A DNA stretch of 64,000 nucleotides from a virus. Lineage: Duplodnaviria; Caudoviricetes. This document shows, in pieces, positions 20,528-30,671 of this stretch. Positions within the stretch are counted from its first letter, which is position 1; the number at the start of each line of letters is the position of its first letter. The stretch lies in IMG/VR virus record IMGVR_UViG_3300027917_004314. The stretch is one strand, 5' to 3'. The notes beneath the pieces are model-generated. The model saw only the letters and a list, made by a program, of their open reading frames with translations. It was not told the origin of the DNA and searched no databases. The position numbers were made by a program, and so were the translations under genes.

Positions 20528-22108
20528 ATGCCCACTTGGTATTTTGAAACAGGCAACCCGCCTTTCTATGATAATCAAAGTCCTCAAGATGGCTACTCTA
20601 ATGTGGACAAGTTTACACTTGTTTCCATAGATGTTGCAGACGCAGAATCTTACGTAGATTTATCAACGCTTGATGCGTATGTCAACGGTGCTGATGCTTA
20701 TAGAATTGGCGTTGGGTTTGTAGCTCCTTATGATGGATATTTTTCCAGCATTACACCTACGATTCTAGATGGTTATGATGGATATACTATTACCTTTGAT
20801 AGAACTGGATATTATCCTCCGCTATCTTACGTTACTTTTCGCATTGTGGTTGATGATTACGGCGGCAATACGCTGGACGAGTCATGGACTTTTCAAATTG
20901 AGACGTCATTAGATCCGTTTGTTGATAATGAGAGTCCTGCTAGAAATGCCACTGGCGTGTCTCAGTCGTCACTCATTTCCTTTGACGTGCTGGATCCAGA
21001 GGGCGAGATGGGCTCGGATACTATAAATATATATGTAGAAGGAAATCTTGCGTACGGTGGCGGTACATTTATATCGCCGTATGACGGTGTTAGCTCTTAT
21101 GTTTCCTTTACGAGTCAGCCCGGTGGAGATGGCTATCATGTTGTTATTGATAAAACCTCTGCGCTCGATGCTATAGTACCGGTCAGAGTTATAGCTAGCG
21201 ACCCAACCGGCGGCACCCTAGACGACTCCTGGGGTTTTACAACACTTTTTGAAAATATCAATGTCATCTATTACTCTGATGGGTATGGCATAAAGAAAAT
21301 ATATATTGCCAATATAGCTGGAGAAAGTCAGAGTCAAGCCGTTACGATTTTGGATTATCCGCTGATACCATCAAATAACGTAATCTCGCTTTCTGGTAAT
21401 TTCATATCCAGCAATTCTTATCTGGTTTCTTGCTATGACGACTATGGAGGTGTAATAGATGCTTATGGTATGGCTGACGATGCGTACGGAGTATCTGTCA
21501 TACGTAATGAGGCCGGTGTCACACAGTATTTAGATGGGTACAGCACCAATGACGGTGCTATAACTGATAAAGGAATTTTATATGTAATAAATAGAAATCT
21601 TAACAGAATAGAAGTCTACTATGGGGCTCATTTCAGAAGCGGCAGTAGAGGTCCAGACTTTATTTACAATACCGCGTCTTCACCGTCTTTGTTTCCAGGA
21701 GAAATTCTATGTATGCATGTAGAAGATGGGAATTCAGTTGTGCTAAGCGGTGGTGCTAGACTATTTGTTGGGACATCTCTGGGTATGACTCGCATTGATA
21801 CATATGATCAGCAAACGGTAGACGGATATAGCGACGGATATGATGGGTATGGTCTTGCCACAACATTTGGCATAATAGGAAGCGGCGCCGAATATGAATC
21901 AATTGGTGGAACAATTCCGAGGGTTACGGCCGTGTCCTCAGACGAATTGTCGACTATTTTCGTCGTAACGAATGATGGATATGGTGATGGCGGTTTAACA
22001 CAAATCGCTATTTCTGGAAATCGCAGATTGGCATTTTTGACGGAGGCCACCGGTTTTGTGCCGTCAAATGATATAAGAGATATTTTTGGTAAGAATTTTA
22101 GTAATTAA
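20528..22108 (+). CDS. putative virion protein with two Ig-like modules
   Basis: DNQSP...DESWTF and DNESP...DDSWGF modules resemble those in 18029..20497. Confidence 0.65.
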   Translation: MPTWYFETGNPPFYDNQSPQDGYSNVDKFTLVSIDVADAESYVDLSTLDAYVNGADAYRIGVGFVAPYDGYFSSITPTILDGYDGYTITFDRTGYYPPLSYVTFRIVVDDYGGNTLDESWTFQIETSLDPFVDNESPARNATGVSQSSLISFDVLDPEGEMGSDTINIYVEGNLAYGGGTFISPYDGVSSYVSFTSQPGGDGYHVVIDKTSALDAIVPVRVIASDPTGGTLDDSWGFTTLFENINVIYYSDGYGIKKIYIANIAGESQSQAVTILDYPLIPSNNVISLSGNFISSNSYLVSCYDDYGGVIDAYGMADDAYGVSVIRNEAGVTQYLDGYSTNDGAITDKGILYVINRNLNRIEVYYGAHFRSGSRGPDFIYNTASSPSLFPGEILCMHVEDGNSVVLSGGARLFVGTSLGMTRIDTYDQQTVDGYSDGYDGYGLATTFGIIGSGAEYESIGGTIPRVTAVSSDELSTIFVVTNDGYGDGGLTQIAISGNRRLAFLTEATGFVPSNDIRDIFGKNFSN

Positions 22109-22118
22109 GGAGAACAAC

Positions 22119-22391
22119 ATGGTAGTTGAAAAGCTTTCACTCACAGAGCTATTACTAACGAGACAATGGCTAATAATGGTCGGAAATTCGCGCGATTCTT
22201 GTGGCATGAAGAAAGAGCAGGCCGCAAAGGTTAGCCTTAGAATTCGTGAAGTAGATGCTGAATTAACTCGCAGAGTTATAGACGGCGACTTCAGTGTTAT
22301 CTGGTTTAATGACCCAGATTTTGAAAACACATTGCAAGAATTAAGAGAAAATAGGGAGATGTCTGAAGGAGATTCAGATGATGGAACATGA
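22119..22391 (+). CDS. hypothetical protein
   Basis: AAGGAG RBS, ATG 22119. Confidence 0.7.
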   Translation: MVVEKLSLTELLLTRQWLIMVGNSRDSCGMKKEQAAKVSLRIREVDAELTRRVIDGDFSVIWFNDPDFENTLQELRENREMSEGDSDDGT

Positions 22392-22659
22392 TAAAATAGT
22401 AGCCGCCATTTTGAAGGAAAAAATGGACCTGGAAAAAAATGGTTTCAAACCTAGAATTATTTTGCTTGGAAGCGAAATACATCAAATGATAGAAGATGAA
22501 TGGATTGAATCCGTAAAAGAGCTTCCTTGGGGCGATACATTAATATATGAAATGGAGCAAAAACGAGCTATTGGCAAAAATGTTTTTTTGGGCGATGGGT
22601 CTATGTTTGGCTTGTGGGTAATAAGAGTTGACACCATTGACAACTTTAAGGTTTATTGA
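22378..22659 (+). CDS. hypothetical protein
   Basis: Coupled ORF in the operon. Confidence 0.7.
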   Translation: MMEHDKIVAAILKEKMDLEKNGFKPRIILLGSEIHQMIEDEWIESVKELPWGDTLIYEMEQKRAIGKNVFLGDGSMFGLWVIRVDTIDNFKVY

Positions 22660-23415
22660 ATGATAGTTTATATAAAAGATAGAGAAGATATAGAAAATTT
22701 TAAATTGGTTGGCAAATGCACTGCGGAAATACTTTCAATATTACTTAACAAAGCAAAAGAAGGAGTAACTACTAGAGAACTTGATTCAGTGGCACAAACA
22801 GAATGCCAAAATCGCGGCGTCACGCCGGCATTTTTAAACTATCGCGGCTTCCCGGCCGCGATTTGCACATCTGTCAATAAAACTTTGGTGCACGGGGTTC
22901 CTGATGATACGGCCCTTGTAAACGGTGACATATTGTCGATAGATATTGGTGTAGAAAAACAAGGATATATAGGAGACTCAGCTGAGTCCATTATCGTGGG
23001 CGGCGAACCAAATGATTTGATAGAGAAATGTAGGATCGCTTTAAAAAATGGAATTGACAAGGTTAGGGCTGGCAACAGACTGAGCAACATATCACAAGCA
23101 ATTTATGACGTTTCTAGAAAAGCTGGATATTCGATAGCGCGTGGATATGGGGGGCATGGGATTGACAGACACCGTTTACATGCGGATCCCTTTGTGTCGA
23201 ACATTCCAGTTGAAGATGAAGACGACATAAAGTTGCGTCCAGGTATGATTATTGCCATAGAACCAATGTTAATCGCTTATAATAATGGAAAGACACGTGT
23301 GTCGGATCAAGACAACTGGTCCGTTATCGCAAGTGGCATGGCTGCTCATTGTGAACATACTATTTTAGTAACAGACGGGAAGCCATTTATTTTAACAGAT
23401 AGGAGTAATAATTGA
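22660..23415 (+). CDS. map: type I methionine aminopeptidase
   Basis: FPAAICTSVN, VHGVP, SIDIG, GDSAES, GHGI, AIEPM, HCEHTILVT metal-ligand motifs. Confidence 0.93.
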   Translation: MIVYIKDREDIENFKLVGKCTAEILSILLNKAKEGVTTRELDSVAQTECQNRGVTPAFLNYRGFPAAICTSVNKTLVHGVPDDTALVNGDILSIDIGVEKQGYIGDSAESIIVGGEPNDLIEKCRIALKNGIDKVRAGNRLSNISQAIYDVSRKAGYSIARGYGGHGIDRHRLHADPFVSNIPVEDEDDIKLRPGMIIAIEPMLIAYNNGKTRVSDQDNWSVIASGMAAHCEHTILVTDGKPFILTDRSNN

Positions 23416-24458
23416 TATCTCTAGATTCTTTGTTGTTGACCCCAAGCGGAGCCAAAAGGGCTGAAGAGATAGGGCCTGGAGATGACGTCTATATTTATAG
23501 GGGATCTAATATGGGTGTACAAGCTGTTACTTTTGTGAAAAGTGTTTCAAGTGAAGCCGTCGCTATAAAATATTACTCTAAAAACATATGCGTGGTGCCA
23601 AAAACAGCAAAAGTGATTGTTAGTGACGACAGAAGAAAACACTTATCAAAGGAAAAACAAGTGTCGGATGTTGGCCGGCATGACCTTGTTCATAGGAAAT
23701 TCGTAGATATTAGTATGGGCACAGCTGACGAGCCGCATGCCTATTCCATTGGCGCTTTACTCGGAGACGGTTGTTGTTGTGAAGGAAAAAACGCAATATA
23801 CATTAGCTCAGATAGCCGGCACATACCACAGTTTGTTGGAGAACAGCTAGGTGCCAAACATATAAGAAAACAAAGGGGAGATAACTACACATATATTATA
23901 AGCAATGGCATAGGGTGTGCGGGTAATGTGGGGCATCCGGCCGTTATTTGTCATCACTATAATAAGTGGTGTAAAAACAGAAAAGCACATCAAAAAATTG
24001 TTAACCTAGACATAATTAAGACATGGAATAGGGATAGCTGTATAAGATTTCTTTCCGGACTGTTGGACACAGACGGATCAATAGAAGTTGATGATATGCG
24101 CATTACCGTTAATTGGTTTAGTCAGTCGAAATCCATCATAGATGGTATATATTTTATAATTTTGTCGCTATGGCAGACTGAACCACTTATTTGTGTAGAT
24201 GGAAGGAGCAAATATGTGAACGGACCAGTGTACAAAATATATGTAAGGAAAAATTTATTCTCAAAAAGAATACTAGAGGAGTGTTCTCCACACCTATTAA
24301 AAAAGAAATGCGGTGAATTTGTCGGTAGGACACACAAAGCCTGTTATGGGTTTATAAAACCACAATTTATTTGTCAAGGCGAACAGCGTTTTTTAGATTT
24401 TGGCTTTGACGGCTTTTTTATAACTTCAAACCAAGGTGTTTTGGTGAGGGGAGATTAA
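23412..24458 (+). CDS. free-standing intein-like LAGLIDADG (DOD) homing endonuclease with degenerate Hint ends
   Basis: YSIGALLGDG and RFLSGLLDTDGSI blocks; N-terminus resembles intein block A, C-terminus resembles block G, but there is no Cys1 and no His-Asn. Confidence 0.75.
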   Translation: MISLDSLLLTPSGAKRAEEIGPGDDVYIYRGSNMGVQAVTFVKSVSSEAVAIKYYSKNICVVPKTAKVIVSDDRRKHLSKEKQVSDVGRHDLVHRKFVDISMGTADEPHAYSIGALLGDGCCCEGKNAIYISSDSRHIPQFVGEQLGAKHIRKQRGDNYTYIISNGIGCAGNVGHPAVICHHYNKWCKNRKAHQKIVNLDIIKTWNRDSCIRFLSGLLDTDGSIEVDDMRITVNWFSQSKSIIDGIYFIILSLWQTEPLICVDGRSKYVNGPVYKIYVRKNLFSKRILEECSPHLLKKKCGEFVGRTHKACYGFIKPQFICQGEQRFLDFGFDGFFITSNQGVLVRGD

Positions 24459-25123
24459 TGAAACCATTATTTATTTCTTTTGAAGGTATAGACGGGAGTT
24501 CTAAAACTACACAAGCAGAGTTGCTTTCAGGATGGATGGGTGAACGTGCTATTGGACACGTTTTAACTAAAGAACCAGGTACTCCGTATATAGTGGAGTG
24601 CAAGGTTATAAGAAACTTACTACTTAGCCCAGAATATAATCTTTCGGATAAGTCAGAATTATTTTTATTTCTAGCAGATAGGTCGCAACATGTACACAGT
24701 CTCATTAGACCGTCGCTAGATGCAGGAAAGCATGTAATATGCGATAGATATTCAGATTCAACACGAGTATATCAGTGTGCTAGAGGATTAAGCAGGGATA
24801 AGGTAGATATACTTTTAGACTTCGCTACTGATGGTTTGCTGCCAGACCTAACTTTTGTTTTAGACATTCCTGTGGATGTTGGGTTGGCAAGAGCAAAGGC
24901 CAAGAGCATTTACAAGGAAGGGGACAGGATGGAAAAGGCCGGTACCAAATTCCATGAAGATGTGCGGTACGGTTTCCTAAAGCTGGCGGAAAGCATCAAG
25001 GAACAACATAGATTTCAAATAATTAACGCCGCGCCCCCAAAGACCATAGAGCAGATCCATGATGAAATAGTTGAACACATCTCAAAAAGAATATGGATAA
25101 CTAATGTGATGGAGGAGGCATGA
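24458..25123 (+). CDS. tmk: thymidylate kinase
   Basis: FISFEGIDGSSKTTQ (P-loop variant), TKEPG, ICDRYSDSTRVYQ, PDLTFVLD. Confidence 0.92.
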   Translation: MKPLFISFEGIDGSSKTTQAELLSGWMGERAIGHVLTKEPGTPYIVECKVIRNLLLSPEYNLSDKSELFLFLADRSQHVHSLIRPSLDAGKHVICDRYSDSTRVYQCARGLSRDKVDILLDFATDGLLPDLTFVLDIPVDVGLARAKAKSIYKEGDRMEKAGTKFHEDVRYGFLKLAESIKEQHRFQIINAAPPKTIEQIHDEIVEHISKRIWITNVMEEA

Positions 25124-26157
25124 ACACATCTATTGTCGTTTGTGGGAAGAAATACGATATAGGGACAAGGGTTGTTTTATGGGATGAACCTGGCGGGCTA
25201 AATGCGTATGATACCTCCAAATATACCTACACTCAAACCGTACAGGATAGAAAAACCGGCAAAGAAAAGAAAAAGAAGGTAACGGTATCTGGGGTTAGAT
25301 ATAGTAGGAGAAACAAACTCAAGAAAAATTTATCGTTGAAACAGTTGCAGGGAATGGTAGACCAGTTTTTTTTACACCATTCTGGTCTATATAGAGCAGA
25401 AGATACATTTCATGTGCTACACCGACAGAGAAGACTATCCGTACATTTTATTTTGGACGATGATGGGATATTATATCAGACGTTAGATCTTAGAGAAAAG
25501 GCGTGGCATGGAGGGAAAAATAACCCCCAGTCTGTAGGCATTGAGATAGATTCTAGAGCGCATGCGGAAAGGTTTCCCAACGCCTATGATGAAGCCCATC
25601 AGAAGAAACATAGGGTGGGAAGTAGAAAGAAAAGAATCGATTTCGTCGGCAATCGTTGGATTTTGGGCTACGAATATAATGACAAACAATATATTACACT
25701 GATGCGGTTAGGAATTGTATTAAAGAAAACATTCCCGCTCATGAGTGGCTCTGCTGTTGGAACTTATATGGATTTTCCAAGAAATTCGAAAGGAAGGATT
25801 ATCACATCGGAGCTTAAAAAACCTCATAAACATAGTGGCCTTATCTGTCATTATAACAACAGCGCAACCAAAAACGATCCTATATCTTTAGACCACTACA
25901 GGTTAATTAAAGGCATCATGAATGATAATCCATATCAATCATCGACTTTTATGCGAACTGATAATTGGCGTGACAGACAAAAATGGTTAGCAGCGGTTGG
26001 TTATGATCCTGGGCCCGTTGATGGTGATTTTGGGCCAAAAACAAAAGTTGCTTTGCAAAAGTTTCAGAAGGATAATAAATTAAGCCCCGATGGAGTTTGG
26101 GGAGCAAAAACTGAGTACATGTTGGATTTAGTAACGAAAGAAAAAGGAGTAAGATAG
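25120..26157 (+). CDS. endolysin: Amidase_2 N-acetylmuramoyl-L-alanine amidase with C-terminal peptidoglycan-binding domain
   Basis: LHHSG, SVHFILD, AWHGG.NN..SVGIEI, ICHY...KNDP; GYDPGPVDGDFGPKT..ALQKFQ...DGVWG. Confidence 0.87.
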   Translation: MNTSIVVCGKKYDIGTRVVLWDEPGGLNAYDTSKYTYTQTVQDRKTGKEKKKKVTVSGVRYSRRNKLKKNLSLKQLQGMVDQFFLHHSGLYRAEDTFHVLHRQRRLSVHFILDDDGILYQTLDLREKAWHGGKNNPQSVGIEIDSRAHAERFPNAYDEAHQKKHRVGSRKKRIDFVGNRWILGYEYNDKQYITLMRLGIVLKKTFPLMSGSAVGTYMDFPRNSKGRIITSELKKPHKHSGLICHYNNSATKNDPISLDHYRLIKGIMNDNPYQSSTFMRTDNWRDRQKWLAAVGYDPGPVDGDFGPKTKVALQKFQKDNKLSPDGVWGAKTEYMLDLVTKEKGVR

Positions 26158-26159
26158 CT

Positions 26160-27035
26160 ATGGACGGCAGTAGACAAGGAATTATAGATGCAATTGAACA
26201 CGAGGCTGATCTAAAAAAGAAATATTTAAATTCTCAAATTGGGTGTCTGGACAAAGGGTTTGTGCGACTGGTGGACTTCATGGGTTCTGACGCCTCAGTT
26301 GTCCAAGCAGCGCGAGTTAGCACTAATAAAGGAACAACTGATAAGAAAAGAGATGAAATGCTGATTAGATATTTAATGCGTATGCGTCATACAAGTCCTT
26401 TTGAACAAGTGGAGTTTAAGTTTCATTGTAAATTGCCAATTTTTTGTGCTCGACAAATGGTGCGACATAGAACTGCCAGTTTGAATGAAATGAGCGGCCG
26501 GTATTCGCAAATGCCTGAAGAATATTACATACCAGAAATTGACAGGCTGCGAACACAAGATAAGGTAAATCTACAGGGTAGTGGCGAAGAGCAAATAGAA
26601 GAGGCCACTTGGATACAAGATTCTTTCAAGGATGAATGTAAACTGTCGTTCGAGAATTATAATAGTTACTTAAAATGCGGATTGGCTAGAGAAATAGCAC
26701 GTATTAATCTTCCGCTTTCTACCTACACCCAGTGGTATTGGAAGATGGATTTACATAATCTTTTTCATTTTCTTGCACTTAGACTGCATCCGCACGCCCA
26801 GTATGAAATGCGGCAATACGCTAAAGCGATTTTCGCATTGATACAACCAATTGTTCCAGTGTCTTGTCAGGCCTTCGCAGAATATAAATTGAATGCTAGA
26901 ACGTTTTCTGGCAAAGAAATGAATATTATAAAGGGGTTACTCAATAAAATTCATCCAAATGACATTTCTACGATGCTATGTGATAGCGGGCTCAGTAAAC
27001 AAGAGCAGGAAGAATTACTGGATAAAATAACATAA
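26160..27035 (+). CDS. thyX: FAD-dependent thymidylate synthase
   Basis: HTSPFEQ, RQMVRHRTASLNEMSGRY, AREIARINLP, HAQYEMR. Confidence 0.95.
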   Translation: MDGSRQGIIDAIEHEADLKKKYLNSQIGCLDKGFVRLVDFMGSDASVVQAARVSTNKGTTDKKRDEMLIRYLMRMRHTSPFEQVEFKFHCKLPIFCARQMVRHRTASLNEMSGRYSQMPEEYYIPEIDRLRTQDKVNLQGSGEEQIEEATWIQDSFKDECKLSFENYNSYLKCGLAREIARINLPLSTYTQWYWKMDLHNLFHFLALRLHPHAQYEMRQYAKAIFALIQPIVPVSCQAFAEYKLNARTFSGKEMNIIKGLLNKIHPNDISTMLCDSGLSKQEQEELLDKIT

Positions 27036-27123
27036 ATGTAACTAATAATTGTCGACTACGCCCGTTATTCTGGAATATATTGTTTTTATAGAAGGGAAAT
27101 AATAATTTGAGGTATTTATCAAA

Positions 27124-27405
27124 TTGCCGTTTGATTTTCTAGATGAATATAAAAAGATAAAAGTTGGCGGATTAGTGAGAATTAAGAACAAGTATCTTCC
27201 GCCAAATCATATACTCACTGGAGTGGTACCGGTGCATTCTGATTTTGTGGATTATATATTGAAGAATGAAAATGTATTTACCATTACGTGTATCCAAGAA
27301 TATTACGATGACGTATTAATTTCTGTATTTGAACTTAAACACGTTTTGGAATATTATCAAGTATCTCCATTTAGCAGACGGGTGTTAAATTGGCACAAAA
27401 CATGA
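27124..27405 (+). CDS. hypothetical protein
   Basis: GAGGT RBS, TTG start. Confidence 0.6.
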   Translation: MPFDFLDEYKKIKVGGLVRIKNKYLPPNHILTGVVPVHSDFVDYILKNENVFTITCIQEYYDDVLISVFELKHVLEYYQVSPFSRRVLNWHKT

Positions 27406-27614
27406 CAAAAGAAAAAATATTAAAATTCGAAGACGAAAGTTTTTTACGAGTAACAATAGAAGAAAACGGGGCAACAACTATTACTTTGCAGGCTAAGCAT
27501 CTGGGAAGCAATATTAAAACCACATCGGCTACTATAAATTTAAAGCCGGATGAAGTTATTGAGTTGGTTGCCTGGATGGGTCAGGAGTTAACGGATGAAT
27601 GCTCAAATGGTTGA
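27402..27614 (+). CDS. hypothetical protein
   Basis: ATGA overlap. Confidence 0.65.
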   Translation: MTKEKILKFEDESFLRVTIEENGATTITLQAKHLGSNIKTTSATINLKPDEVIELVAWMGQELTDECSNG

Positions 27615-28314
27615 ACGTGATTATTTGCCCATGTTGAGGCAGCTTGAAGAAAAAATCAAGAAAAATGTCCCAACATATGAGCTACGTTTTAAAAATGAAA
27701 GCACACTTATGAAAATAATGAGTAAAATTCTTTTTTTTAACAAGGGCTTTATGACGAAAGTTAAAACTGTGCTTGGTACGAAAGTATATTGGACAAGTAG
27801 GGAAGATTATGACCGAAACCCGCGCGAGACTTTTGGATCATTGGCACACGAATTCGTACATGTTATGGACTATAAAAGAAACCCAGTGAAATTTGCACTG
27901 GGTTATCTTTTTCCGCAAATTCTAGCTACGCCCGCACTATTGTTTGTGTTGTTGTCTCCCATATTGATTCCTTTGATTGTCTTCGGCGTGGTACCTGCTT
28001 GTGTACTGTGGGTGTTGCTTACAGCATTGTTCCTGGCACCAATACCATCTCTTGGTAGAAAATGGGCAGAAATGAGGGGCTACGGAATGAACATTAAACT
28101 TATGGTGTGGCTCTATGGCTTGTTTCCTAAACATTATAGAGAATGGTATGTCAGGCATTTTACGGGGCCAACATATTATTATATGTGGCCTTTCAAAAGA
28201 AGCATAGAAGAAGAAATAGATAAGTGGTCAGATCCATTTAATTTAGATTGTCTTGATGATACAAACCCAGCATACAGGGAAGTATATGACTTGTTGTTTC
28301 AACTAAGAGCATGA
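27595..28314 (+). CDS. putative membrane-associated HEXXH zinc metallopeptidase
   Basis: LAHEFVHV, then two hydrophobic helices and a WAEMRGY Glu. Confidence 0.6.
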   Translation: MNAQMVERDYLPMLRQLEEKIKKNVPTYELRFKNESTLMKIMSKILFFNKGFMTKVKTVLGTKVYWTSREDYDRNPRETFGSLAHEFVHVMDYKRNPVKFALGYLFPQILATPALLFVLLSPILIPLIVFGVVPACVLWVLLTALFLAPIPSLGRKWAEMRGYGMNIKLMVWLYGLFPKHYREWYVRHFTGPTYYYMWPFKRSIEEEIDKWSDPFNLDCLDDTNPAYREVYDLLFQLRA

Positions 28315-29432
28315 AAATATTCGATTTAATTATCATAGGCTCAGGACCTGCCGGGACTGCTGCCGCCAAGGTTGTTTCATCAAAAGGCATGTCAGTTCTT
28401 TTAATAGAACGTGGGAAAGATTTAAATAGGCGAAGAGACCTAACTTGCGGGTGGTTTGGGCACGGTTTGTACGCCATGAATCGACTGGAATTGGAAGACC
28501 CAGTACTTCAAAATGCTAAAGCTATCAGAGAAGCGTTCAAAATAGTACAAAACGTTTCCCTAGAGAGACCTACAGTCCTAAAAGCCAAGGGTTTTGGAGA
28601 GGGGAAATATTGTGTTCTTCCCGATGGTTTTGGCAGAGAGTTAGCGACATATTTTTTTAATGCCATTTCGAGAAATGGAACCATCGCATTTAACACAGAT
28701 GCCGAGAAAATTACTCGCGATGGCAACGTATTCTACATAAAGACAAACAGAGGTACATATGCTGGGTCCAGGTGTTTAATAACCACGGGCAAAAACTCCC
28801 TGGAATGGTTAGAAAAAATATGTGTCCAATTCGGCATCGAGCCAGTTGAGCAGCCGGTGAGAATTGGCGTAAGAGTTGAAGTTCCAACGTTCAGGATGCG
28901 CAAAGTAATATCTGAGATTGGAGATATAAAATTAGATTGCGGTGAGGCAAGTACAGACGACGCTCGTCTCAATGCTTTCGTTGGTGAGTGGGAAGACTCT
29001 AATTTACTGTCTGCTTTCGGGCATTGCATGCCGGGTAAAAAATCTGAAAGGACCAATTTTATGGTTGGGCTTGACTCGGATGAAGAAGGTATCAGGGACG
29101 CACGGATTGCTAATGTATTATCTAATGATAAAATCCGCCCAGAGAGAGTTAGTGAATATGTAGAAGGAAGATCGGCACTTGAACACATAAATACATTTCG
29201 AATGCTTAGAGAAGCGTTCAGAAATTTAGAGAAAGTGTTTCCTGCATTTATGTCATACGCAATAATGTATGCGCCGGAGATACGATTAAGGGGCATACTG
29301 GATGTTGATCAATATATGAAAACCAAGGTGCCAGGCCTATATGGGGCCGGAGAGTGCACTTCTAGAGTAAGCTCTTTAATAGGAGCCATAGCGTCTGGCT
29401 TAATTGTCGGGCGAACTATATTAAAGGAGTAG
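28311..29432 (+). CDS. FAD-dependent oxidoreductase (COG2509-like)
   Basis: DLIIIGSGPAG, IGVRVEVP, YAPEIR, GLYGAGE. Confidence 0.82.
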   Translation: MKIFDLIIIGSGPAGTAAAKVVSSKGMSVLLIERGKDLNRRRDLTCGWFGHGLYAMNRLELEDPVLQNAKAIREAFKIVQNVSLERPTVLKAKGFGEGKYCVLPDGFGRELATYFFNAISRNGTIAFNTDAEKITRDGNVFYIKTNRGTYAGSRCLITTGKNSLEWLEKICVQFGIEPVEQPVRIGVRVEVPTFRMRKVISEIGDIKLDCGEASTDDARLNAFVGEWEDSNLLSAFGHCMPGKKSERTNFMVGLDSDEEGIRDARIANVLSNDKIRPERVSEYVEGRSALEHINTFRMLREAFRNLEKVFPAFMSYAIMYAPEIRLRGILDVDQYMKTKVPGLYGAGECTSRVSSLIGAIASGLIVGRTILKE

Positions 29433-29437
29433 AAAAA

Positions 29438-30160
29438 ATGAGTAATGAAGAAGCTGTGAAGGCAGCTAAAAAAGCTGAAGAAGCACTGAATAAAGTTAGA
29501 GAAGCCGAGGCTGCTAAATTACAAGCTGAATTGGCATTTGAGGCCGCCAAGCTAGAGGCGAAAGCAGCTGCTGAAGCTGCTAAATTGGCTGGCAAAAAGA
29601 AAACTGAAGAAGCGCCCGCAACAAAGCTGGCGGATCCACCTGAAGAAGCGGTGGTTTTGGAAAAAGCTGATCCCAGGGAAATATTTGAGAACAACGAACC
29701 ATTAATTACGGACATTGAAGAGGTTCCAGAAGATAAAGATGTTGTAGAAGCTTCAAAAGAGACCAGTGGCGCAGATAAAAAGTTGGTCTTAGCTTTTCTA
29801 CAGAAAAAATCCTGGGATTTAAGAAAAACAATTCCTGGTGTTGTAGATATAAGATTTGAGGATGATCCGCCTAGAGTAATTTTTGCTGCAGCGTCGTCTG
29901 AAGTTAAAATACCTGAGCTTGAGTATAACGGCGTTAAAATAGATTCTGAGCTTGAGGTAAGAGCGGCAACCAAAACTGGAACAGTTTCCGTAGGAGAAGA
30001 CGGCAGCGAAGATGGCGCATATCATAGAAGCATTTCTGGCGAAGGAGCGAAAGTGTTGGGAGTTACAGAGGCTATGGGCCCACATTCTAGCAAAGAAGCT
30101 AAACAACGAGCAGCATATGAAGCGTGGCTGAAGAGGCATCCTGGTATTAAGAGGTCGTAA
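29438..30160 (+). CDS. hypothetical protein with Ala/Glu/Lys-rich helical N-terminus
   Basis: AGGAG RBS; low-complexity coiled-coil-like start. Confidence 0.75.
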   Translation: MSNEEAVKAAKKAEEALNKVREAEAAKLQAELAFEAAKLEAKAAAEAAKLAGKKKTEEAPATKLADPPEEAVVLEKADPREIFENNEPLITDIEEVPEDKDVVEASKETSGADKKLVLAFLQKKSWDLRKTIPGVVDIRFEDDPPRVIFAAASSEVKIPELEYNGVKIDSELEVRAATKTGTVSVGEDGSEDGAYHRSISGEGAKVLGVTEAMGPHSSKEAKQRAAYEAWLKRHPGIKRS

Positions 30161-30162
30161 AA

Positions 30163-30360
30163 ATGGTTGATTTTACTACCCTCATGAATCGCGGTCATAG
30201 AAGATTCCTAGCACACCAAAAGAAAAGAAATTTTGGGCCATGCGAAGATTGCGGGGAATATTCTTTGCTTCTAGAATATAAAGACCCTACAGATAAAGAT
30301 GCGAACTGGCTCGTCTGCGATTATTGTTACAAAAAACTGGAAACTGACGAGGATGAATAA
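30163..30360 (+). CDS. small zinc-finger protein
   Basis: CEDC...CDYC. Confidence 0.65.
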   Translation: MVDFTTLMNRGHRRFLAHQKKRNFGPCEDCGEYSLLLEYKDPTDKDANWLVCDYCYKKLETDEDE

Positions 30361-30371
30361 AAGGCGGAGTT

Positions 30372-30671
30372 ATGAAATTGGTTAATAGCAAAGATATTAA
30401 ACAAATCGTTGATGATAAATCCGATCCAGGAGATCTATACGATTTTTTAGAAGAAGAATTAAAAAGCCCCTGCTGGGAAGTTAATGTTGACTGGGAGAAC
30501 GGCAAGCTTAGATTTCTAATTGATTCCAGGGAGCTAATGAATTATCCGTTATCTAAGCTTAATAAAGACGATATTAATTTACCCAACATATATGAGTGGC
30601 TTCAGATACTTAAGACCGAGGATATAAAGCTGCTTAGAAATACACTAAAAACTTTCGAGAAAAGGAAATGA
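30372..30671 (+). CDS. hypothetical protein (MKLVNSK N-terminus)
   Basis: GGAG RBS. Confidence 0.7.
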   Translation: MKLVNSKDIKQIVDDKSDPGDLYDFLEEELKSPCWEVNVDWENGKLRFLIDSRELMNYPLSKLNKDDINLPNIYEWLQILKTEDIKLLRNTLKTFEKRK

